Assembly (NCBI GenBank): GCA_964638575.1 | Contig: CAZWYN010000001.1 | Span: 1 to 48,519 of the forward strand | Reading direction: 5' to 3' | Length of the DNA: 48,519 bases | Origin: an uncultured Pseudomonadales bacterium | GTDB lineage: Bacteria; Patescibacteriota; Microgenomatia; UBA1400; MFAQ01 | In this document: in pieces, positions 1-7,151 of the stretch | How the letters are laid out: each line of letters opens with the position of its first letter | Numbering within the stretch: position 1 is the stretch's first letter | The notes under the pieces: model-generated | What the model saw: only the letters and a program-made list of their open reading frames with translations | Told to the model about the DNA's origin: nothing | The model's database searches: none | Made by a program: the position numbers and the translations under genes

Positions 1-1
1 C

Positions 2-610
2 CCGATTCATTACACCGCCATAATAAACTTCACCATTTTTAAGGAAACGATTGATCTTCTCGACGGCATTGATGTTGACATTGATCCGGGATTTTCCGAC
101 ACCGAATTTCCTGTTCTCGGCAAGGAAAATGCAATACCAGTCTCTGATAGATACGAAACAATCACTTTTGCCACAGGTTCGGCTCATCTAAATGGTGAAA
201 TGGCCCTCAAATTTGTCCGCTCCCGTCACTCAGCAGGGGACGAAGGTACCGATTTTGCCCGCTCTCGTCGTCAACAGGCAGTCATCTCCGCTCTTCGTCA
301 AAAAATACTCACCCCTGCCTTTCTCCTGGACAAAAACAAGCTTGATGCCTTCTTCGAGATTCTCGACCGTAATCTCATTACCAATCTTGATAACAAACTT
401 TATCCAACTTTGGCTAAAATCGCTCTCGATACCAAAAATAATCCTGTAAAGTCGGTCACTTTTTCCGACCAGCCAGATGAAAATGGCATCACCATTTTAT
501 ATAACCCTCCCGTCAATCAGTTCAAGGGTGAGTGGGTCCTCATCCCCAAAGATAACAACTGGTCTGCCCTCAAAAAATATCTGGATAATCTCCTCAAGGG
601 TAAACAATAG
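2..610 (+). CDS. LytR-CpsA-Psr (LCP) family protein, C-terminal part; the 5-prime end lies outside the window
   Basis: Frame 2 is open from base 2 to the TAG at 608-610. The translation ...ETITFATGSAHLNGEMALKFVRSRHSAGDEGTDFARSRRQQAVISALRQK carries the LCP signature (L.fvRsRh..gD.gR..RQQ). The 200..610 ORF in the track is only the part after an internal Met. Confidence 0.8.
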   Translation, partial: PIHYTAIINFTIFKETIDLLDGIDVDIDPGFSDTEFPVLGKENAIPVSDRYETITFATGSAHLNGEMALKFVRSRHSAGDEGTDFARSRRQQAVISALRQKILTPAFLLDKNKLDAFFEILDRNLITNLDNKLYPTLAKIALDTKNNPVKSVTFSDQPDENGITILYNPPVNQFKGEWVLIPKDNNWSALKKYLDNLLKGKQ

Positions 611-2566
611 TTAATCGACTTTGATTAAGTAAGTATCGCCTTCCCTCCAAACCATCTCCCCAAGTTGCCATATTTTTTCTTCATTAACCCGGTAGGTTAT
701 TTTTTCGTCAAGACCAACTAATATCCAGCCTATGTTGTACTTATCAAGTATTTCTTCTGTTTTTTCAATACTCGCTCCCTGATATATTTCTTTCACCTCA
801 GTTTCTCGGGAAGCCACCACGCTATAACCACCTCTCCACAGCCATTCGTGTACCCGCCAACCCTGAATCGTCGGTACTCCGGAAAATACTGACACGGCAT
901 TAAATAGGGTATAGCTGTCACCGACTGCCTCAACCATATTTTTTTCGTTCATATTTTCCCTCAAATATTTCACTGCTCCATAATTTTCCGGAGCTTTAGT
1001 CTGCATCCATTTTTCACCATCCAAACCATAATAATTTGAAAAATTATCATAGTAAGTAGTGAAGGCTATAAATGAGAAGTTCATTGTTCCTGCAAAGATA
1101 AAGAAAATAATAAATATTGCCGCGACTCTCAAACCCAGGACGATTTTTCTACCCCTATCTAATAAATTTCCCAAAGTCACTCCCAACAAAATCCCCATCA
1201 GAATAAATGCTTGATAAGTTAGCTTGAACATTGTATTTGCCCTTGGATGGTTTGGGTAAATGTCTCGGGCAAAGACAAACTCCGGAATCGCTATCAAAAA
1301 CACGGCACTTAGAGCCAGTGTTCGGACAACTATTTTTTTCTCACCTCTTCCCTCAACAATTACTGCCAAAATATTGACCACTATTCCGCCACTCCACAGT
1401 ACCAGTAACTGCCAAAAAGGCGATCTTTCCGTTACCATCTCTACCCCACTTGAAATCGAAGTAAACGACAGCCACCAGGGTAAAGCCACCAACAAAAACG
1501 ATACCAACATTATCCCCGCCGTTTCTAAAAGTTTTTTTAACTCCCCGGTGTTCGCCACAGCCATCTGTATCCCCAAAACCAAGATGACCAAACCATAAAC
1601 CGCCACATCCCAGGTGTTGGTCATCATCATCACTCCAAACAAGACTCCCATCGCTATCTCATAAACTCTTTTTTTATTTTCAACCCAGTAAAACAGTACT
1701 GCTAAAAAAGTCAGAACGATTGGTAAATCCAATACGTGGCCATGCAAGTCGGAAACCACAAAACTATAGCTGGGAAACTCATGAATGGTATTGTGGATGA
1801 ATCTAGTGGCTTCAGCATACCAATAATTATCAAGACCTCTGTTTTTAATTAGATACCAGACAACATGACTATTCCCAGCCACCATCACTCCCAGGGCACC
1901 AATTATTCCTCCGATAGTAGCCGCCTTAGAATTTTTGTTTCCTGCGAGCATTACACACACCAAAAATACCAAACTCATCGAAGTGCCAAAGATAAAAGCT
2001 AACATCAGGTTGTAGCCCACTGCTGGTGTCACCCCCCAAACTCTTACCCAAATACTAGCCCAAAAATGTCCAAAAGAGTAGTAATTAATTGTCTGCCCAG
2101 CTTGCCACATATCCGGAGCCGGCAAGGTAGGCGACAATAAATACTGTTTTAGAAAACCGAAGTCCATAAATTTTTCCAAGCTGTCCAAACTTGGAGCGTG
2201 CGCTCTAATCAAAGCCATCACTCCAAACCCGACCAAGAAAAGATACTCTTCAATGGCGATTATTTTAGCCGTCGTCCTCGCCACGGTAAAAGCCTTTACT
2301 CCATGAGTAATAATCTGCCACAGACTCAAAAGACCAAACAAAGCCAGGACTGCGAACAGTTTCTCATTATTATTTTCCGTAATACCTAAGTAACTCAACT
2401 GCCAAATCAAAAGAGCCGCCATCAAGGTGACCGTCACTCTCCCCAAAGCCCAACCTTGATCCGGTAGTTTAGAAAAATACTTTTTGATTAAAGGCCAAAC
2501 TAAAAACTGCAAGCCAAGACTAATGACATAGGTTTTGAGGATCGTTATCAAGTCAACACTCCACAT
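611..2566 (-). CDS. Polytopic integral membrane protein, DUF2298-like (GT-C-like glycosyltransferase candidate)
   Basis: 651-aa ORF with an ATG start. Hydrophobic helices run through about the first 480 aa, followed by a soluble C-terminal domain. The motif INYYSFGHFW and the overall layout resemble the DUF2298 family as I remember it. It is the last gene of the long minus-strand operon. Confidence 0.55.
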   Translation of the reverse strand: MWSVDLITILKTYVISLGLQFLVWPLIKKYFSKLPDQGWALGRVTVTLMAALLIWQLSYLGITENNNEKLFAVLALFGLLSLWQIITHGVKAFTVARTTAKIIAIEEYLFLVGFGVMALIRAHAPSLDSLEKFMDFGFLKQYLLSPTLPAPDMWQAGQTINYYSFGHFWASIWVRVWGVTPAVGYNLMLAFIFGTSMSLVFLVCVMLAGNKNSKAATIGGIIGALGVMVAGNSHVVWYLIKNRGLDNYWYAEATRFIHNTIHEFPSYSFVVSDLHGHVLDLPIVLTFLAVLFYWVENKKRVYEIAMGVLFGVMMMTNTWDVAVYGLVILVLGIQMAVANTGELKKLLETAGIMLVSFLLVALPWWLSFTSISSGVEMVTERSPFWQLLVLWSGGIVVNILAVIVEGRGEKKIVVRTLALSAVFLIAIPEFVFARDIYPNHPRANTMFKLTYQAFILMGILLGVTLGNLLDRGRKIVLGLRVAAIFIIFFIFAGTMNFSFIAFTTYYDNFSNYYGLDGEKWMQTKAPENYGAVKYLRENMNEKNMVEAVGDSYTLFNAVSVFSGVPTIQGWRVHEWLWRGGYSVVASRETEVKEIYQGASIEKTEEILDKYNIGWILVGLDEKITYRVNEEKIWQLGEMVWREGDTYLIKVD

Positions 2567-2573
2567 ACTACTA

Positions 2574-3824
2574 TCATAAGTCCCTTACTATCATTTTGGC
2601 GACATCATTCCCCATTTTAACGGCATAATTTGTTCCTCGGTCAAACGGGTAAACCATGCTCATGTTAGCCAAATACAGCCCCTTGTGTTTAGTCTTTATC
2701 TCGGGTAGTTCTTTCGAGTAGTTCACCGGAAAAACCGGCTGGGCAAAAGGTTTTCGGAAAACTGCAGCACCCTTAATCCATTTTTTTCTGAAAAGTCGAT
2801 TCACTTTCCGTAGATAAGGAAGATACATGGTAATCAGCTCTTCCTGAGTCATTTTTAGTTGTTTACTGTCTTCCGGTAAATAATTACCCAGATATAAAAC
2901 CCTGTTGTTTCCATAATATTTTTTATCAATCATATTAGTGTGTTCCACTAACACCAAAAATGGCCAATTCTTTTCTAAAATATTCATCCAATATCCCTTT
3001 ATAAGTTTTTTATTAAGTTTCAACATCACCGTCTGTCCCCACAGATACGAAATCTTCGGGAAGGGATCTATATCTACGTCTAATATTTTTTCCATCACTG
3101 GTGCGGGCACCGTCACCACTACTCCGTCAAAATCGGCATCATCAACAAGCCACTTACCATCCTCTGTTTTTTTAATCCGATTGATTTTTCTTCCCAGCAT
3201 GATTTTTCCACCCAGCTTGATGATTTTTTCACCAGTTTTTTCTGCCAATTTTTGGAAACCCTCTTCAAAGTATCCCAAGTTTTTGGTTCTTTTGGCGACC
3301 CTAGTCCAAAACCAAGACATATTTACAGTGGAGGCAAAAGGTCCGAACTTTGCTTTCAGAAGTTTTTCCCAAATAATTCGATATCCCTCCTTTCCGATTA
3401 ATCGGGGTAGCATATCTACCACTTTATATTTCTCAAGAAACAAACCATTTGGAATAAGTTTCAATATCGCCAGCCCGATACCCATTTGTACTCGACTAAA
3501 AATACTCAATCCGGAAAATTTTAACAGGGAAATAGGAGAATCGAGCTGAACCTCTTTTTTGTTGAGAAAGCTTGTGGTTACAGGGTTTTTAATCAATGTC
3601 TTTGCCTCGACATCTTTAGCCAGCTCCAAAATATCTCTGTCATTTGTAAAAACGTGATGGTAAAAATACTCCAAACTCCACTTCCAATTTTTCTCACGTA
3701 CTCCTCCAGCCAATCCTCCCAAGGTATTTTCCTCTTCATACAAAACAACCTCAACATTTTTTTTCGCTAGAGCAAGGGCACAGGCAAGTCCGGTAAAACC
3801 ACCCCCTATTACGGCTATCTTCAT
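2574..3824 (-). CDS. NAD(P)/FAD-dependent oxidoreductase (amine-oxidase / phytoene-desaturase / protoporphyrinogen-oxidase-like)
   Basis: The N-terminal dinucleotide-binding fingerprint is MKIAVIGGGFTGLACALALAKKNVEVVLYEEENTLGGLAGG. The 416-aa length is typical of this flavoenzyme superfamily. Its start lies 2 nt downstream of the preceding gene's stop (3827). Confidence 0.7.
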   Translation of the reverse strand: MKIAVIGGGFTGLACALALAKKNVEVVLYEEENTLGGLAGGVREKNWKWSLEYFYHHVFTNDRDILELAKDVEAKTLIKNPVTTSFLNKKEVQLDSPISLLKFSGLSIFSRVQMGIGLAILKLIPNGLFLEKYKVVDMLPRLIGKEGYRIIWEKLLKAKFGPFASTVNMSWFWTRVAKRTKNLGYFEEGFQKLAEKTGEKIIKLGGKIMLGRKINRIKKTEDGKWLVDDADFDGVVVTVPAPVMEKILDVDIDPFPKISYLWGQTVMLKLNKKLIKGYWMNILEKNWPFLVLVEHTNMIDKKYYGNNRVLYLGNYLPEDSKQLKMTQEELITMYLPYLRKVNRLFRKKWIKGAAVFRKPFAQPVFPVNYSKELPEIKTKHKGLYLANMSMVYPFDRGTNYAVKMGNDVAKMIVRDL

Positions 3825-3826
3825 GT

Positions 3827-5215
3827 TTACAAGGCTAACAAGATTCCTACGATCGCGAGTAATAGTCCTCCACCAAAGGCTGCGATTCCGGGAAGATCAA
3901 AGATACCGGCTTCCGGAAGAATTGTCGGTGTTGGTGTCGTCGTTACCACCGTCACCACTGTTTGTGTCGGTGTTGGTTCTGATACCGTCGGTGCGGAAGT
4001 GACCACCACTGTTTGTGTCGTAGTTACACAGGTACAATCATCTTCAGCCAGACAAGCCGCGGTTCGGCATTTACTCGTTGTGGTATCACAGGTTAGTCCG
4101 GTTGCACACTCGGCGTTGGTGGTACAGGTATTGTTACATCCAACCACTGTGCTTACAGTAAGATCCTTAACCAAATTCAGTGTTCCACCCGGGAATGTTA
4201 CTTTTCCAGTATTAGTAATTACTGTACCGTTAGCAACTCCCTCACTAGCCTTTACCCTGAAGTTAAATTTCTTTGTTTCGGCAGGACTAATTGTAGTGTT
4301 GCATGTTAGTTCCGTGTCTGTTGCACTCCAAGTACATCCGGCACTGGCATCCATAAATGTGACCGGCATGTCTTTCAATGAGTCTTTAATTACGACACTG
4401 GTAGCATTCGCCGTACCCGTATTTGTCAGCGAAATTGAATAAACGTATATCTGGCTCTTAGACACAGCACTCATCTCAGACGTCAGTGTATAAGTTCCAG
4501 CCACATTTTCCGTCTCGTTCTTAAAGGCGGTCTTGCTTCCTGAAAGAGTTATGACAATCGGAGGTTCAACTCTTAAGCTATTTAGCCCTGTAAAGGTCTG
4601 GCTACCCAAAGTAGCAATCGCTGTGTTATCAATAGTAGAAGCTGCTGTAAAATCTCCCGTTACCTTCACCCTGAAATATTTTTCTATACTTTGTCCGGCT
4701 GTGAGGTTGAAAGCGGCACAACTATATTTTCTTGTCGCAGCATCAAAACTACAACTCTGGCTAGCTGGTGAGTCAACGAACGTCAGCTTGTCCAAATTTC
4801 CCCCAGTCAGAGTATCACTCAAAACCACTCCGCTTACAGTGTCAACTCCAGCATTTTTTACCTGAATTCTGTATACAAAAGTAGCACCCATCGTCGCCAT
4901 GTCTGTATCGGTTTTTATGGTGTAACCCTCAGTTTTTGTAGCATCATCTACGTATGTCGAGGCTTTCTTCACCACGGTCACGTTCGTTTCCACAGCCGTC
5001 GCTGTTCCGACCACTGTACAAGCAGGGTCACCAACCCACTGAATTCCGGTAGGAGTTACTGCTCCAATTGGTTCTGCTGCTGCGGGTTCACTCTCTGGCG
5101 CAGTCGGAGCCACGGCTTCTCGAGTAGAAAGCTGAGTCGCCACGTAAATCGAAGCACCTCCAAGAAGAATCACAATTAGTACAAGGGCTATGGCTAGTAT
5201 TTTTTTCTTGTTCAT
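3827..5215 (-). CDS. Cell-surface protein: N-terminal signal/anchor, two DUF11-like repeat domains, 8-Cys module, Thr/Val/Pro stalk, C-terminal LPEAG + hydrophobic sorting-like tail
   Basis: The N-terminus is MNKKKILAIALVLIVILLGGASIYVA. Two beta-rich repeats have the DUF11-type pattern (FVYRIQVKNAGVDTVSGVVLSDTL... and YVYSISLTNTGTANATSVVIKDSL...). A Cys-rich block GCNNTCTTNAECATGLTCDTTTSKCRTAACLAEDDCTC follows. The tail is ...TILPEAGIFDLPGIAAFGGGLLLAIVGILLAL. Confidence 0.6.
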   Translation of the reverse strand: MNKKKILAIALVLIVILLGGASIYVATQLSTREAVAPTAPESEPAAAEPIGAVTPTGIQWVGDPACTVVGTATAVETNVTVVKKASTYVDDATKTEGYTIKTDTDMATMGATFVYRIQVKNAGVDTVSGVVLSDTLTGGNLDKLTFVDSPASQSCSFDAATRKYSCAAFNLTAGQSIEKYFRVKVTGDFTAASTIDNTAIATLGSQTFTGLNSLRVEPPIVITLSGSKTAFKNETENVAGTYTLTSEMSAVSKSQIYVYSISLTNTGTANATSVVIKDSLKDMPVTFMDASAGCTWSATDTELTCNTTISPAETKKFNFRVKASEGVANGTVITNTGKVTFPGGTLNLVKDLTVSTVVGCNNTCTTNAECATGLTCDTTTSKCRTAACLAEDDCTCVTTTQTVVVTSAPTVSEPTPTQTVVTVVTTTPTPTILPEAGIFDLPGIAAFGGGLLLAIVGILLAL

Positions 5216-5220
5216 TTATC

Positions 5221-7089
5221 TTATGGTGTAGTACTAACTTGTGCTTCAAACTGATAACTCCCAGGTGATCCAACTAGATAATCCGAGTAACTTGATACTT
5301 TTGCGACAGTCGAACTTGCAGATATCCAATTTCCGGGAATATTATTTACATGCACTCTAAACTGTGCTTTCAGATTATCGAGACTTCCTGTTACCGAGAA
5401 TTTAAGCAAATCACCCACCTTCAAACTTTGTAGCTGAGTTGTTGTTAGAGGTGTGGTTGAATACACCCCATTTACTGCCTTATATATTTTGACATCTACA
5501 CACGCCCCCACAACCGTCGTTGCCGCTTTATATCCAACTACAACGTCAAAATCGTTAAAGTCATAGTTTGCGTCCAACTGTCCTCTGGTATTATTATCGA
5601 CTCCCTGAATGGTATCCGCCCAACACTGGAAGGGGGAACTAACCCCTGATGTCGTATAAATTCCAAAGCTACTTAATGCCGATGGCGTTATTCTTAAACT
5701 AATATCCCTTAACTCACCATATCTTCGACAGCTTCCTCCTGAAGGATTAATGTAACCCAAGGAGTTTGTTGCTTCGTTTCCCAACTTTATGGTAACTGTA
5801 TAGGTTCCTGGTTGGACAACTGCGTCAAAATTATTGTCGTCAACTTTTGTTACGGCTGTACCAGTTCCAGTTCCAGCCAAAGCAACCGTTGTTCCGGCGC
5901 TCGCTCCCGTAAGATGAATGCGTACTGTTCCCGCCGTTGTAAAGTTTATGGTGTTAATTTTGCTTCTGTCAGGATTACAAATCAGTTGGTTCTCTTGGCT
6001 ACTCGTCGCCCCCGGTATATATGTGTATGCCACACACACATCAGTTCCACCGACTGGTGCTGTTGGTGTTGCGGTTGGCACAGTTGTTGGTGCTGCGGTT
6101 GGCGCAGCTGTTGCCGTTGGAACCACCGGAGTACACGGACCCCACTCTCCACATGCTGGCCTTGACGCAATTCCTAGCGAAATACAAGTTCTTGTACCAG
6201 CCACATTTGCAATACCGGAAGTACAGCCAGATGTCTGAGCGGTTACACACTCACAACTCTGTGTTGGTGTCGGTGTTGTTGCGGCAGCACAACTGGTATT
6301 ATCTACACAACTCGAAGAAGGACAAGCCTGGGTATAACCAACGGTTGTTGTTGATGAAACACAAACACTCCCGGAACAATTTCGAACGGTACAAGTTTTT
6401 GTAGAGGGAGTAGCTGTTGGTGTTGGTTGGGTCGTACAAGTTGCATCTGGAGTACAGTAATAACCTGCAAAGGAGGTTCCTGCAGCCTGAACCTTACACC
6501 TCTCACCTGTCAGACAGCCTGCAGCAGCTCCACATGTTCCTTCTTTATCGGCGGCACATCTACTTCCGGCCAAAGGTTCACTCTCTGGTGCCGTAGGGGC
6601 CACTGCTTGTCTGGTCGACAACTGATTGGAAACATAGTAAGCTGCTCCAGCCACACCAATAACTAATAGCAAAGCCACAATACCCCCAACTATCGGAAGT
6701 ATTTTTTTCTTGGGTTTTTCTGCCGGCATTGATACTTCTTCGGGAGCAGGTGTTGGCGCCGAAAAAGGTTCCGATGAGGGGATGGTCGTCGTTGTCGTCG
6801 TGGTCGTTATCGGTTCTGGTTGAGGAGTAGGCGTAGACAAAGGTTCTGGACTTGGCCACGGCGTTATCGGAGCCGTTTCGGCCGGTGGAGTCATCGTCTC
6901 GGCGGGAGTAGTCACTGTTTCTTCTGTGGGTGCAACCACTGGTTCGGTATAAGTCGTTGTCGTCGTGGTCGTTATGGGAGTTGGGGCTGGAGTCGGGGAT
7001 TCAACAGGGGTTATGTCTTCGGCCGCCTTGGGAACAACCGGAGTCGTACCCGAAACCAAAGGCTGATTAATTTTATTTTGATCGTCCAT
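5221..7089 (-). CDS. Large membrane-anchored surface protein: Pro/Thr-rich N-terminal extension, TM anchor, 18-Cys region, DUF4114-like and beta-sandwich C-terminal domains
   Basis: 622-aa ORF. The TM segment KKKILPIVGGIVALLLVIGVAGAAYYV is preceded by about 120 aa of P/T/E-rich sequence. The post-anchor motif NQLSTRQAVAPTAPESEP is shared with the neighbouring gene. The stretch QLDANYDFNDFDVVVGY resembles the DUF4114 signature. An alternative internal ATG at 6729 would give a classical signal-anchor. Confidence 0.5.
   Translation of the reverse strand: MDDQNKINQPLVSGTTPVVPKAAEDITPVESPTPAPTPITTTTTTTYTEPVVAPTEETVTTPAETMTPPAETAPITPWPSPEPLSTPTPQPEPITTTTTTTTIPSSEPFSAPTPAPEEVSMPAEKPKKKILPIVGGIVALLLVIGVAGAAYYVSNQLSTRQAVAPTAPESEPLAGSRCAADKEGTCGAAAGCLTGERCKVQAAGTSFAGYYCTPDATCTTQPTPTATPSTKTCTVRNCSGSVCVSSTTTVGYTQACPSSSCVDNTSCAAATTPTPTQSCECVTAQTSGCTSGIANVAGTRTCISLGIASRPACGEWGPCTPVVPTATAAPTAAPTTVPTATPTAPVGGTDVCVAYTYIPGATSSQENQLICNPDRSKINTINFTTAGTVRIHLTGASAGTTVALAGTGTGTAVTKVDDNNFDAVVQPGTYTVTIKLGNEATNSLGYINPSGGSCRRYGELRDISLRITPSALSSFGIYTTSGVSSPFQCWADTIQGVDNNTRGQLDANYDFNDFDVVVGYKAATTVVGACVDVKIYKAVNGVYSTTPLTTTQLQSLKVGDLLKFSVTGSLDNLKAQFRVHVNNIPGNWISASSTVAKVSSYSDYLVGSPGSYQFEAQVSTTP
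6788..6810. repeat. 23-nt perfect direct repeat, copy 1 (gtcgttgtcgtcgtggtcgttat), encoding ITTTTTTT on the minus strand
   Basis: The string is identical to 6953-6975, read directly from the sequence. Confidence 0.9.
6953..6975. repeat. 23-nt perfect direct repeat, copy 2
   Basis: The string is identical to 6788-6810. Both copies lie in the P/T-rich N-terminal extension of the 622-aa ORF. Confidence 0.9.
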
Positions 7090-7151
7090 GCGTTTAAGTA
7101 CGGTCCATTAAACAGGGCCTGTCTACACTATAAAGAAGATTTGGTAATTTA

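Noticed and set aside
2938-3549. 203-aa plus-strand ORF antisense to the FAD oxidoreductase gene.
   Set aside because: It is fully embedded in a gene with a clear GxGxxG flavoenzyme signature. The translation is low-complexity (Ser/Phe/Ile-rich) with no recognisable motif.
5900-6980. Repetitive short motifs that at first glance could suggest a CRISPR-like or tandem-repeat array.
   Set aside because: The periodicity is codon-level (Thr/Pro/Ala codon runs) inside an ORF. Apart from the one 23-nt pair, there are no constant repeats separated by unique spacers, and no cas genes are present.
7090-7151. Internal promoter or terminator in the 62-nt gap inside the surface-protein operon.
   Set aside because: There is only a 4-5-bp imperfect stem (ACAGG.CCTGT) and no convincing -35/-10 pair on the minus strand, so the evidence is insufficient.
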